NCBI GenBank assembly: GCA_012295275.1 | Contig: CM022665.1 | Coordinates: forward strand, 21,328,001-21,392,000 | Length of the DNA stretch: 64,000 nt | Direction of reading: 5' to 3' | From: Chrysomallon squamiferum | Lineage: Eukaryota > Animalia > Mollusca | Shown: piece after piece, positions 1-44,572 of the stretch | Position numbering within the stretch: the first letter of the stretch is position 1 | How the letters are laid out: each line of letters starts with the position of its first letter | Translations under genes and position numbers: made by a program | Notes under the pieces: generated by a model | The model's database searches: none | What the model was told of the DNA's origin: nothing | The model's input: the letters and a program-made list of their open reading frames with translations, nothing else

Positions 1-16
1 ATGGAAATTATTTCAC

Positions 17-30794
<30,778 letters not shown>

Positions 30795-30867
30795 TTTGTA
30801 TTTTTATGATGTCAGACTTATTTAATTATGGAAATATATAAAATGTAAATAAACGGCATGTCTCACA

Positions 30868-30873
30868 CACGTG
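30868..30873. promoter_or_regulatory. Canonical E-box CACGTG (putative Myc/Max site) just upstream of the UTP20 ATG
   Basis: CACACGTGCG lies 74-79 nt 5' of the start codon. TSS-proximal E-boxes are typical of Myc-regulated ribosome-biogenesis genes. Confidence 0.55.
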
Positions 30874-33667
30874 CGTAAATCTAGAACATTTATTTCCCCT
30901 GAATTACTGCTTGTACATCGTTAATATTCGGAACTGTACGTTAATTTCCGTATCTTCTAAACTGATTTCACTTAGCGTATTGTTTTTTTACTTATAACTG
31001 ACAAGAGATCTCGATAACCATGCATTTATATTATATATGTATAAAAATACAGATAAACTCTTTCTCCTTTATTGTTATTATAATCAAATTAACAAAAAAC
31101 CGTGATTTTGTCCCCGGCTCGGGATGAGAAAAATAGTCCTTTCCAGTTGCTTCCACAAACACACACACATATATCATTATATGTATATATATATATATAT
31201 ACATCCAAAGTACCTTACACCTTTATTGTAAAAAGCTCCTGTTATTCCATAGAACGTAATTCCATGGGTGGCTTTTTAACACTATCTCGACTTTTACATT
31301 AAACCATAAATAATGAATTGCGTCTAACGTAGGTACTCTAATTTGATATTCTATTAATAATTTTATTTTCAAAAAACGGATTATTATTATTATTATTATT
31401 ATTAATTTATTTACGTATTTGTTTATTTTATTTTATTTTATTTCAATAGAATAATAATACATTATCCGTGAGAGAATATGAATATAGATGTACGTGTTCT
31501 GTGTGCATGCATCTGTATGTGTGTGTATGTATATGTGTGCGTCTTTTCAATATAAATATAGACATGGAACTGCCAACTGGGTTTTTGCCAAGCCACTGAA
31601 AATTTTTACTTGAGTTTATAGCAGTCAATAACCAGTTATTGTATAGATTCTGAAAATTTGCCAAACTCGTATGAGAAAGGAGTAGAAAAGATTTGTTTGC
31701 TTACATTAATCTCAATAGTTAAACAGCTTACACTTTGCCAATACAAATAGTAAGATTTATATTTGATACGTTGTTATATCAAGTACAATTATACTGCACA
31801 AGAAATAAATATCAACATGGTTTTAATTTTGTATCAAAAACTTTATTTGGCAATACTGCATTGTCAGATAATGATAATTGATAATGTCAAAATGTTTTTT
31901 TCTGCATAATAATCACTCCTGATGCCATTTATTTTTAAAAAGCCATAAAAAATGATAATAATAATAATAAGTCTTATATTATCTGGGCGAGTTCAGGAAG
32001 TTACCCTACCCTGTCTTTTTGAGCTTCAGATCAAAAATATTACTTTATACAACTATAAATAACATAAACCTTACTGAACATCAACAAGATAGTGAATGAT
32101 GACAAAGGATATGAACAAAATATTTTTTAACAGATTACTTGTTAGTGTACAATAAGTGCTGTAATGCAAATGAAAAGACATGTAAATAATTTATAAAGAA
32201 AAAATAGTTTTTTTTAGCTAAGATTTTTGGAAATTACCCTGGCCAGTTTCATAATAATAAAGGAGCAACACAATAGCAATTTAATCATTTATTGGAGTTT
32301 ACACATACAAATCACAGGCTTACAACAAGATTTCAGTTAGTGATTGTTTTTCTTAAAAGAAAGGTAGTCCACCCCTACCCTCTGGAAATGAACAAGAGAG
32401 AGAAAGAGAAAAAAAATCATTTAATAATCTAAATACCTTTTCATAAACTCTATTTTCATATTTAAATCTTATTTTTATTTTTACTTTTATGTAAAAAAAG
32501 AAAAAGAAGAAGAATTGTAATAATAACAATAATAATAATAGAGTAATATTAAAATGATAATAAATAATAATAATATTATCTGACCTAATATTAATGCTGT
32601 TAAAAAATTACTTTTGGCTTTTTGAAAAAAGAAGAAAAAGAGTTGTATATACAAGCAAATATAATTACTTTTAAAAACAAATAACACTACTTTGTTAACA
32701 TTAGGAAAGAGGCTAACTGGTGAATGGAGTTATTTACAGAGATGGAAGAGTCACAGTATGGCAGATATGGAAATGATTTCTGCTCTTGTTGTTAAATGGC
32801 AGAATACAGACATGTAAAAGTGTAATGATGTATCATTTTACATGAAACTCAGAATAAACATGTACACTACTAGCTATAATAATTACATATCACAGTCAAT
32901 GATAATATACACTTCTATGTCAAAACTAAAAACTGTTTACAAATCAATAAATGATCTTAAAGTAATCCCTGGGGTTCCTTTGAAGCTGGCGATAAATAAA
33001 AATTCAATAACATGAATGCAGAGTTTCACAAATATATTATTGAACCTAACAGTGACTTACCAAAGGCCAAATTAACTTTTCAAAATGAATAAATAAATCT
33101 AGTAAATATGGGACACTGGATAATAAAGAAATTAAGGCTTATAAATGAGCTTAATAGGCATTTCTAATATTTAAAAAAATTCAGTTAAAGTAACAAAAAA
33201 AGGTATATATATTTTTTTTTAATTCATGAATGATCTAGTTTACTATATTAATCCTTCAGCTGAATTGATTTCAACACTATACAATATTTTCTTCAGCCAT
33301 TAAAAAATAACTGGGCATCATCAGATTTTAATTTTTAATTATTTTTTTCCTTTTACAGACTATCAGAAAATAACAGTTTATGAACACAGAAAGAAAAACC
33401 TTTTCATAAAAAAAAATATTTATTATCACTACAATTTGGTGAGTGAAATGGAATCTGTCATGACCAAAGAAAGATACTATCTGATTTTTTAAAATCAGAT
33501 CACAAGGAAAAGACAATAAATAAATAAATTTTCTCATTTTGGCCATCTGTATCATAGAAAAAAAAAAACAATAAAAAAATAAATAAATAAAAACAGATAT
33601 AACAAAAGAGAGAGTTGTTAAAACTCGTACTTAAGTCTGTAAAAACAAATATAAAAAAATATAAAAA

Positions 33668-36600
33668 TCAGTTAAGCATGCATGATTCATATGTGGGGAC
33701 CATATATTTGATGTTGATGAAGGCATCTTCACCCCCGTGCCTCTCAAAGGCTTCCAGGGTTTCCTGGATCAAATCTCCTATGTTCTCTCTTTTCTGCTGG
33801 CTGTAGTCAATGCCATCACCTGAGTTTACTGAAACCAAATTATTTCATACATATTAGTAAAATATTAAAGTATTCTCATGGTGTTGCTTAACATTTCAAC
33901 TAAGGATATTTATAAAACATTTCACAGTACTTCTGTTTTCACTAAGAATGATATTTTTTACTATGAATGATAGTCTTTGTGAAATATTTCTTATTTAGTA
34001 TTATATTTTTTGAAATTATGTGCAATTAAATGAAAGCAAAATGACATTTTAAAAATCATTATTAAAACACTTTGAAATAACATAATATCATATACAAACA
34101 GAAGCAAAGTCAGTTCTGTATATATATAGACACCAACACATGCACATCATTTTGTACTAGTTTGTATTTATATTCTTGGTACTGTTTATCTCTATTAAAT
34201 ATATAAAATAGACATACCAGTCTAATTAGAGGTAATCAGTAATATCAACTTGTTGTTTGTGTTTGTACATACATATATTTAGGTATTTTAGTAACATTTA
34301 TATTCTTCATAAAAGTATTTGTAATTACTGATGATCAACAGTATGTGTTTGCAAGTAGGTCTGTGAATTAAAACAATGTGGGCTAAATACAAATCAAGAT
34401 CTGATAGTAGATTAATGATGAATGAAAAACTGATAGTTGATAAATAATGAATGAAGAACTGATAGTTGATAAATGATGAATAAAGAACTGATAGTAAGTT
34501 AATGTTAAATGAAAAACTGATAGCAGATTAATGACAAATGAAGAACTGATAGCAGATTAATGATGAATGAAAAATTGATAGTAGATTAATGAAGAACTGA
34601 GATAGAAGATTAACAACAAATGAAGAACTGACAGCAGATTAATGACAAATGAAGAACTGACAGTAGATTAATAAATGAAAGTAGATTAATAATGAAAGTA
34701 ACTTACAGTTCTTGTTTTTGAAGATGTTCAATACTGGCAGGATCTGTCTGTAATAAGGGACAAGAGCTTCCCCCACCATGTCCCCCGATATCACAAGATG
34801 CTGCAGGGCTTTCAGTGTGGGACACAGAACTCGTGGATTCCTCGTGTTCAAGGCATCTGCAAAATAAACATTACAGATACCCATTAATAATAAGTAATTC
34901 AATAATCTTTCATTGGCTGTACTTCCTTTCTAGCAATTATAAATTTGCTTCCTCGGATGTTCCTTTACTAGTGATTATAATTTTATTCCTTTCAGTAAAT
35001 TTAATAAAATATTACATTTATCAAAGAATTGGTTTAAAAATAATTATGTCAAAAATAAAGGGGAAAATTACAATCTCCAAGTAGCTCTTTCAATTTTTTT
35101 ATTTTATTATAACTAATTTCCAAAACAGAATCACTGGGAAAATAATAATAATAATAATTATTATTATTATAAATGTAATTTTTCATATCAATAATAACTA
35201 TACATATTTATTTATTAATATAAAAGGAAAAATGTATTATAGGGAAAAGACATCTGAGAAAGCAAACAGAGGTTAAAAAGTATTGAATTACTATTTAAAA
35301 TAATTTTACAACACATTCAGTACTTTTTGTGAGTATAGAGATTTACAATCTATGTATGCATACCATTCCAAAGAGAAAATTTATTAATCAAAACAAAAAA
35401 AATGAATTACTTTTAATAGGTATAAGAAACTGTGGAATATACATACAACATGTTCAACACTTTTTATGAGTACAGGGATTCACAAACAATATATATGTAT
35501 TCATACCATTCCAAAGAGGAAATTGATTAATTGTGAAAAACAGACTTATTTTTGATGGGTATAACTGACTGGAATATATTTACAGCATATTTGACACTTT
35601 TAATGAGTACAGAGATTTACAAATGATATATATAGTGATATTACCATTCCAAAGAGGAGATTTGTCATTAAAAAAAAAAAAAATGTACTTACTTTTAATG
35701 GGTATAATTAACTGTGGAATGACAGGTAATATTTTTGAACCACCATGCTCCAACATGTCATGCACACCTTGTCTAGCAAAGAATTCATATGGATGTACAG
35801 TTTCACAGAACCCATCAAAAAACAAGGGGAGGTAGTGATGGTAGTCTAACTTTTCTATTTCAACCTGATATAAAAAAAATTATGATCAAAATTGTAGTAA
35901 TAAAGTAAATCAGTCTAATTTCTTTATTTCAACCTGATTTTAATAAATAAATAAATAAATAATAATAAAAATTTAGCAATGAAGTAAATCTGCCTAACTT
36001 CTCTATTTCAACATGATTCAAAAAAATATTACAATAATAATAAAAATTATAGTAGCAAAGTAATCTGTTTAACGTCTTAATTTCAACCTGAAAGATGAAG
36101 CTTAAAAACTGATGTGATAATTATGAAGTAAAATAATTTTAAGGAATAATAATAATAAAAATTATAGAAATAAAGTAAATCTGTCAGTTTCAACCTGTCA
36201 GTCAAAGTTAATATAACATGACAATTCTGAAGTAGAGTTATTTATCAGTTTCATTTAGTTAAGAAAAAAAATAAAAATAACAAAACCCTGAAAAACGAAG
36301 TATTTATGAAACAAAATTAAAATAGTTATTTCTCACTTTCATTCTCCTGGTTAAAACAAATAATAAAGTAAAATTGAAACCACATCAAATGACTGAATTA
36401 TTTTTTCACAAATACTTATGAGCTATAACTTTCCATTCAGTATGTGTAACTATATTCTTTAATGCAGATTGTTGTAAGCTTAACTTTCATTTTATGTCAC
36501 TAAAACAACCGTGTAATTAGTTTTCCTGAATAATTATTTACAAATAAATAAAAAATTCACCAAAGAAAAGATAAAATTTGACTGTTACATACACAACTGT

Positions 36601-38919
36601 CTTGATAGAAAATATTAAAGACTAATAAAACTTCTATTAAATTGTGTGTCTAATTAGTTTAGAAATTAAAAATGACTCTTACTAATTAACAATAAAACAT
36701 AATTTAATAGGTGTTCCTTTTTACCTTTCAAGCAAAACCATTTCTGAAAAGTGGGAACCTACTGATGTTCTTAAGATGAAATGTTGATTATAACAAGAAC
36801 AAATATTGGACTGCTCAAAACTGAATATGGGTTGGAGATTTAGAAAAGCATTATCTATGATGTTTATAATATTTAAGATGATCATAATGAAAACAAAAAT
36901 TGGACTGGATGGAACTGGGTGTGATTAGGAGATCTGGCTTACCTCTCACCACTACTGGATCCATGAATGTCTGGACACTATTTAAGTAATAATTATTATA
37001 AAAAGTTTAGAAATAAAAAAAATATATATACATATATATTTTCCTCACCCCTTCTGGATCCATAAATGTCACAGACAGCATTTAAATAATAATTATTAAA
37101 AACTATTTTGAAAATAATATTACCCTGCTGGAGCCATGAATATACAGACACCATTTAAAATCATTTAATTAAAATGTTTTGATTTAAGACTATTATCTTT
37201 AGTTTTACCTTCCAAGCAATCTTGTTACCCTTGGTGTCATGTTCCAGTGCTATTGGAAAATCTCCTCTTTCATAGAATTTTCTAAAAGCTGTGGGTGCTG
37301 TGGGCTTTTGTTTGAAAGCACCTGCAGGTGGGGGACCTTCAACCTGTAGATAAACAATGCAACATATTAAATAATGGTGAACTATTTTTAAATCAAAACA
37401 TTTATCATAAAACAGATACAGTAATTGTAAGATATTTGTAAAGAAGGTGAATATTCTGGATAAATATCAGATTAAATTAACTTTTAAATGCTGAAATTCA
37501 GTATAAATCATGGCTTAAATTAGTTTAATTAGAATCTTTAGTAAGTAAATGTGTAGAAAGTGAAAGATATTTAAATGCTGAAAAATTATTTATAAAAAAG
37601 AGAAACTATATTAATAGATGAATGATGAAATAAAGAGGCATGTGTTCATTTATTGTGAGGCAGTATTATATATAAGAAGGGATTACTGAGTAATTTCAAC
37701 TCAGTTTATGTTGTAAAAGTGCCATACCCAGCTATTTTAAATTTCTATTATTTTTTCTTTCTTTCTTTTAACTGTTTCTATAGATAAGTAATTACAAATA
37801 ATTTTTGGAAATTTAATCCATTCTTGAAATCAACCCTTCATATAATAATAAGAGGCAAAACAATTACAAAAGTCAAAGACAAGAATTCTGTAATATAACC
37901 TGAGTAAGAATGAAACATACATTTACAAAATTGGATTGTTTTTTTTTTGTTATTTTAAATGCACAAAAGGTTGATTTCATTTTCTCATTTATTTTTTTAA
38001 TCTGCACATTAGTAGTGAAGGAAATCATAATGAATGATGACAGAAAAGAAGATTAAATAATTAAGTCACAGGATTAAGTAGCAGTAAACGAATTAGTCAT
38101 GGATTATTTTCTTTAAATTGCATTTTATGTATTTGTTGTTTTTTGTCTTTTACATTACAGTTTTGAAATTGATAATAGATTATCATTTGACAAACTTTAT
38201 TTTTATTATTTACAGGCTTTATTAAAATGCACTAATGAAAAGAGAACAGAACTGTTTGTTTACATTTACAACATAGTTACCGGTGCTGTAAACATGAAAA
38301 TGCAGACATTAGTGGTGATTTTGAATTAAATTGATTAAAATTTAATTTTATCCATAATGCTTTAATATTCATTTAAATCTTTAAACACTTAAATATATTC
38401 ATTAGCGACATAACAAAGAAACAATAAACAGGATAAAAGCAGAATATAATTACCATGCAGTTGTTGATTTTATGTTGATACAGTTTTAACAGCAGCATCA
38501 CTGTTCAAGTTTTATTTTTAAATACGTTATTTACTAGTTGTTAACAATAACTGGAGTTCATTTGATTAATTTGGATGAATTCATGAGTGAATCGTGAATG
38601 TTAACGAATTATTTGTATTAAATGAAAGAAAATACATTTTTCATCACAACATGGCTAAATATGAGCCCAAATATTCTTCCCAGTTTTTCTTCTGAAAAAC
38701 AAATTAAAATGTTCGATTATTTTGTGATAAATTTAAAAATAAAACTTGAATAAAAAGCCTCTGTCGTGAATACGCTTCTTATTTAAGTCTTACCTCCATA
38801 TTTCGTTTGTAATAAATGTTGGACAAATGCGAGAAGGGAACATCCTCCTGTTTAACTTTTACCTTCTGCTTGTGCAAACTACTGGGGTTTTGAGATCCAT
38901 GTCCGCGAACTTGAAACAT
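33668..38919 (-). CDS. PACRG: Parkin coregulated gene protein (axonemal inner-junction protein), 247 aa, 5 exons: 38794-38919, 37209-37343, 35693-35864, 34707-34856, 33668-33828
   Basis: The spliced protein contains [63 protein letters not shown]...[50 protein letters not shown], the signature PACRG sequence. Exon lengths sum to 744 nt. Exon 1 ([10 protein letters not shown]...KRNME|gtaaga) is the least conserved and least certain. Confidence 0.97.
34400..34695. repeat. Minisatellite, ~29 nt unit (GATAGTAGATTAATGATGAATGAAAAACT-like) in a PACRG intron
   Basis: About 10 tandem degenerate copies ending next to the donor of exon 34707-34856. Confidence 0.85.
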
Positions 38920-39167
38920 CTTGAAGTTACTTGCTGTTTTCTCACAAAATAAAACGTTTCAGATTTTAGAATTAAGCAACTGCTATATCGTTTTGAGTAG
39001 CCAAGCAACAATATAAACAACCCGGATGAGAATGTTTACGCATGTCTTGTTGCTATGAACGAGACTTCCGGATCGGATAATCATTCGGTAAAATCCGGTT
39101 TATACGAATGTTACCGAATGTGAATGTGACTTCCGGTTTTAGTGGCAGCGTGAAGTAGTTTTCAGTT
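38920..39167. promoter_or_regulatory. Bidirectional promoter shared by PACRG and MRPS15, with an RFX X-box and ETS/GABP-type motifs
   Basis: Divergent ATGs are separated by 248 nt. GTAGCC-A-AGCAAC at 38997-39009 fits the X-box consensus GTNRCC(N0-3)RGYAAC; a weaker GTTGCTATGAAC is at 39049-39060. ACTTCCGG occurs at 39064-39071 and 39129-39136. The region is locally CpG-rich. Confidence 0.75.
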
Positions 39168-40453
39168 ATGAATACTGCGGTATTTCGACAGATACTGACA
39201 ATAATTAATCGTAGTTTGTATCCTGTTTGTTCCAATGGAACGCGCAACTATTTCACTAAACCACAATCCATTACGGCTGCTTGTTTGATAAAAGGTATAC
39301 ATGTCAGATCAGTACAATCAATAGAGTTTGAAAAGTCAGAAATCTTGACAGTCAGTGAGTCACACTCAGTGTTACGCATGTAGGACAAAAGTTAGAAGTC
39401 AGTTAATAAAATCTGTAGTAAAAGTTAACACACTAATATGCGAACAAAAGCAGCGAATAATGTAAACGTATACATGTTCTTCCAATTCTTAGTTAAGTTG
39501 AAAACTATTAAGTTAAAATCATAATACTGTTAATAGTCGAGTAGTCATTTTCAGCTATAAATTATAATAAAGCTAGTTTAGTAGTTAATAATTTACATTT
39601 CCATGCATACTGAATACTGATCTCGCAAAAGAAAAACCTCATAAATCTTAAAATTTAGAATTAGGCCTTGATGAAAGTAATTTTCTTGAGCATTTTACTT
39701 TAAAAATTATAAAATGTTCAAGTATCACTAATGTGTTACTTAATGACAAAAGCCTATTTTTTACTAAATACATCAACCTTCTTTTTACTTTCATGTATTT
39801 AATTAGATAAGCATTCAGTTTGCAAAATATCCAGCTCTTGATAAAAATGCTTTCAACAACTGGTGTTAAAAAAGCAAAACTTGATTAATTTGGCAAACTG
39901 AAAATTTCATATGAGTTTTTCATTTCATCCATTAGCAATAAAAATAAAAAAATAAAAACACAAGAAATTAGCTTCTGTCAAGGCACATATCAAAACTGCA
40001 GATTATTTGTAAATGTTTGCTTCAAAAAGAAAATTAAAGAAATTATTTTAATTCATTGATAAGTAATATTTTCCTTCAGTCAAACAGACTTGCAGACATC
40101 AGATAATAAAATAAAACCTTTTTAATTCTGTGCATTGCATGTAAATTATCAGTATCTACTCCATAAATTGATGAAATAAATAATCCATAAATATATATTA
40201 CAGATAAATTGCAGATAAATAAATAAATAAAAAATAATAATAATAATAAATTAAAACAAACAGTGAAATATAAAATGCTTTTATTGTATGCTTATATATA
40301 CAATTATAAAGAAATGATAAATGATTTTTTTTTTATAATTCCCCTAGATAAAAAATGTTCAGGGAGAGCTGAATTTGCAACAAAAACAACAAAATCTGAT
40401 TCCGCTCCAAAGAAAGCAGTGAGATTTGACTATTCAGGTCAGGTTAAAATTAA

Positions 40454-40511
<58 letters not shown>

Positions 40512-43232
40512 TCCCTCTCCCTCTCCCTCTCCCTCCCCCTCCCTCCCTCCCTCCCACTTTTATTCACAGGACAATTACTGGGTAAATAATTATGAAATTT
40601 TTTACAATTAATAGTAGACTGTGTTAACAGTAGACTAAAGCAATTAACCAAAGTCTGTGAACTTAACAGTAGAAATCTCAGATTAATAAAGTAATCTGTG
40701 TGTTGTAGGTGATCTTGTAACACAGAAACCAGTTGATCCACAAACATTGAAATGTGGCTTCAGAGACCTTCCTGAAATCAAACAGTAAGCCATTTATAAT
40801 TATTTAGTATATATTTTTATTTATTTATTTGTTTATTTTTATTATTATTATTATTATTTATTAATTAAAAATATATATTTATTATTGTTTTTTATTATTA
40901 ATTAACATGTTATGGTTATTTGTGATTGTTGTTATCAATGTATGTTTGTTCTCTTTTTTATAACTGATTATATATTAAATTTAAAAAAAATGTAATACTG
41001 TTGTTAAATATTTATAATATCAATTTCATTTTTAAAAGTATTTTAAAATAATTGCTTTTTTGAATCTATGGCTTCAGATAACATCGATCCACTTTTTATT
41101 TTTTATTTTATTATTTTTTTTTATCATTTCATCTTCTTTTTTTTTTTTTTCCCCAGGGCTCCTCCTGCAGTTCAGCGCCTGTGCAGTCTTGAATTTGCAA
41201 CTGGGGTTAGTTTGAATTTTATTCTTATTACCTTATTTTATCTTTTGTATCTTACCATTTGATTTTATTAAACAACATTTATTTTATCTATTTTTCTTAC
41301 CATTTGATTTTATTAAACAATCTTTATTTTTGTATTTTATCACTTGATTTTATTAAATCAGACTTTATTTTTGTAACTTGTAGAAGGAAGTTAAAGAATA
41401 CCGTCTAGAAGAAATGTCAGAACGAATTCAGACGCTGTTTGGAAAAGACTGCATATATGAACCTATTAGTCAGTTGAATTATTTTATTATTTTGATTAAT
41501 ATTTTTAAATTGTGTGTGTGTGAGAGTACTGTATATATGTGTATACATGTGTATTGTATGTATGAGAGAGCATGCATTTGGGTGTAGTTTTGTTGTATGT
41601 TTATGTATGTGTGTATATATGTGTATTGTATTTGAGTGAGGTTGTATGAATATATATATGTGTGTGTGTGTGTATATAATGTTGTCAGTTGAATAAAGGT
41701 GAAAAGCATTAAATTATTTCTTTGTTAATTTCTGAAATAGATTACTGATCATTAAAGTTAAATGTCCAATATATTTTGTATGTTTTTAGTCTTTTTAATT
41801 TTAAAATTATATATTTTATTTAATAACTATAAATATTTATTATTTTAAATTTTATTTTTATTTATTGATTATTTATTTCATTTTTTTTTTACATATGTTT
41901 ACATTGTTAGGTTAATAATTTGAGTCTTTTATATATCTTATTGATATATTTACTTTTCCTTTCATTACATTTATGTATTATTTTATATCCTTTTAATTTT
42001 AATTTCATTTTGTTTTATATTTTATTTATTATTTAAAAAAATATATAGTTCGTTATTAATTTTATTTATGTATCTGTCTTATTTAATTGTTTGTTGTTAT
42101 TTCACTTATTATGTATTTATTTATCTTTTATTAATTATTTTTATATTTTAGTTTCCAAGCTGACTGTTGATATCAGAAATATGATTCCTCACTGTTTAAA
42201 CTTCACCAGGGTAAGAGTATCTTTTACAGGTCATTTTATTTTTCACCACTTTAATGTCTTTTTTTTAATTTTTTTGTTTTGTTTAAATTTTTTCAAAGAG
42301 TGAGTCATTCAGTTTTATAACCAGTGTATGTTTAGACATGTTTTATTGTGATTTTTTTGTTGTTTTATCTTTTTGCATTTATGTTGCCATTGTTAGTGAT
42401 ATATATAAATATATATATTTACACACACACACACAAACACATACATTTTTATTTAATTAAATGGGTTATTTCTGTTGGTGTTGTTTTCAAACACTCTGTT
42501 TTGTAAGTAATCCTACTGTAAAAATAATAAGAAGAAGAATAATAAATAATGGAATATATCTTAAAGAATGATGTCAGTTGCAATTAGTTTTCATGACAAG
42601 ACTGGCAGGCAGAGAGTTGGTAATTACTCGTATTTTAGTCCCTTTTTTTAAAAATTTTTATTCAATGAAGTTTTTTTAAATTATTGTTTTTATTGTATTT
42701 CATTGTTTTTGTTTTTTTTATTATTAATGCTTTTTCTTTTTAGATTATTTTTATTATACACTATATAGATATAGATGTAGATAAGTTATTTGATATATTG
42801 GTATAACGACGTTTATTACTTTTGTAGGATAAACGCAGCAAGTCAGTACTGATTGAAAAAATCCAAAGACGTAAAAAAATGATGAAATATTTGCGACGAC
42901 AAGACATAGAACACTTCCAGTGGTTACTGAGAGAATTGAAGATCAGGTACATACCTCCACCTGCCTATTACGGTCGCATAACTCGCAAGTTCCGCAGGAA
43001 GAACGAAGTGGTGCAGGAAGCAGTACGGTTAAGAAGAGAGAAGTTGAAAGTACTTCAGGAGCAGCTGGCGAAGGAAAGACTTGAGTTCGAGGAATACAAG
43101 AAGTCAACACTAGCTCAGATTGAGAAGGACATCACAGAGTTGAATCTAGACAGGGAAGCCATTAAAAAGAAGCTTGAGAGAAAGATTGAAAAAGAGGAGA
43201 TAGTTTTTCCACATGGCTGGACTCCTTCTTGA
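39168..43232 (+). CDS. MRPS15: Mitochondrial ribosomal protein S15 (uS15m), 296 aa, 7 exons: 39168-39294, 40348-40437, 40709-40784, 41157-41205, 41384-41468, 42152-42210, 42828-43232
   Basis: The N-terminus is Arg/Ser/Thr-rich with no acidic residues, like a mitochondrial presequence. The core APPAVQRLCSLEFA...ISKLTVDIRNMIPHCLNFTRDKRSKSVLIEKIQRRKKMMKYLRRQDIEHFQWLLRELKIRYIPPPAYY fits the S15 domain of MRPS15. Phases close (891 nt total). Confidence 0.9.
40457..40555. repeat. (CT)n/(CCCTCT)n polypyrimidine microsatellite in MRPS15 intron 2
   Basis: Visible directly. Confidence 0.9.
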
Positions 43233-43851
43233 ATATTGCATTAAATACCAGAATATGAATTTTCCTCAAAAACTTGAGTTAGCAAAATCTAGTGGGTTTT
43301 TTCTCGCTGTATTATAGGACTATAACACTATGGTATAATTTTTTTTATTTAGCTGGATTTACAATATACTGTTATAAGAATTTAAAAACTTCACATTTTC
43401 CATTACAAAGACCTGATTTATTTGTAGTCACAATTTTCACTAATTTCAGAAATTTTATTGATATTTCTAACTTGAAAGCCATGCGTTTTAGTCATGTTTT
43501 TTTTGTCTGTGAAGAAATATTAAATAAATAAAATGAATTACAAACTTAAATCTCTTGTCTTAGCTTGTTATGTTTTTAGTATATCATTTTATGATTTAAG
43601 GTTACATTGGATTTTGTTGTATGCCCTATTTTAAAATCGTTTTGGATAGAGAACTTGTAACTTGCTGGAGACATTTACATTTCTGATTACCAACTAGCAG
43701 TAAAGAAAAGAAATTTATAGCACAATTATTTTTATTATTTAAAACATCTGTTTTCATTGCATTTTATTTTACAGTAATAAAAAAAAAAAACATAACTTTT
43801 ACTCCATTATTTTTTATTTATTTATTTTTATAAAATATATCACAAATACCA

Positions 43852-44536
43852 TCATACAACAGCAACATTTGGGCTGATCAGGGGTCTGTAGGATGCAGCT
43901 AATCTCCCTTTAGCAGGTCGAACATTGTGTCGAGGAACATAACCACATTTATTCAACTTGGATGAGTAGACCCACATCCATTTGTCACTTTCTTGGTTAG
44001 TTGGGTCTGCAAACAATTCATCTCCAACTACAATATCAAGATCTTCTTTCGACTGTGCTTTACAGTCTTCAGAGACTGTGAACTCCATCAGTGTGTTTGT
44101 GTTCACCTTTCTGTGGGTTCTGCTAGCCTCAGTTTCAGTCACCCCTGAAACTGAATGAAAGGCATTTATTAATATTAATATAAACTTTATATATACTTTA
44201 TACCAAACTATTCTGTAGTGTAAAAAAACCCTCATTTTATGGTAATGAGAATGTGAAAGATAAAATTGACTAACAGTTTATAAACTGATGACCATAATAA
44301 TGTCTATACTTGTTAGACAAGATGTCTACCTTTAACACAGCCTGCAGTTTGTATGCCTCTGACTAGAACAGGAAATGTAATAATGCATGGAGACTTGAAC
44401 TTGCAGTCCAACCATCTGAGTTGACAGCAACAGTCCTCTAAACATGTTTACATTTTCATTGATTAGTTAAAATATCTTGACATTCATAAAACGTTTTCTG
44501 CAGGTTTATATCTCTCTCTCTATCTATCTATCTTTC

Positions 44537-44572
<36 letters not shown>

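Noticed and set aside
34400-34695. Regularly spaced ~29-nt repeats resembling a CRISPR array (likewise 25500-25765)
   Set aside because: The units are contiguous and degenerate with no unique spacers, lie in eukaryotic introns, and no cas genes are present. They are minisatellites.
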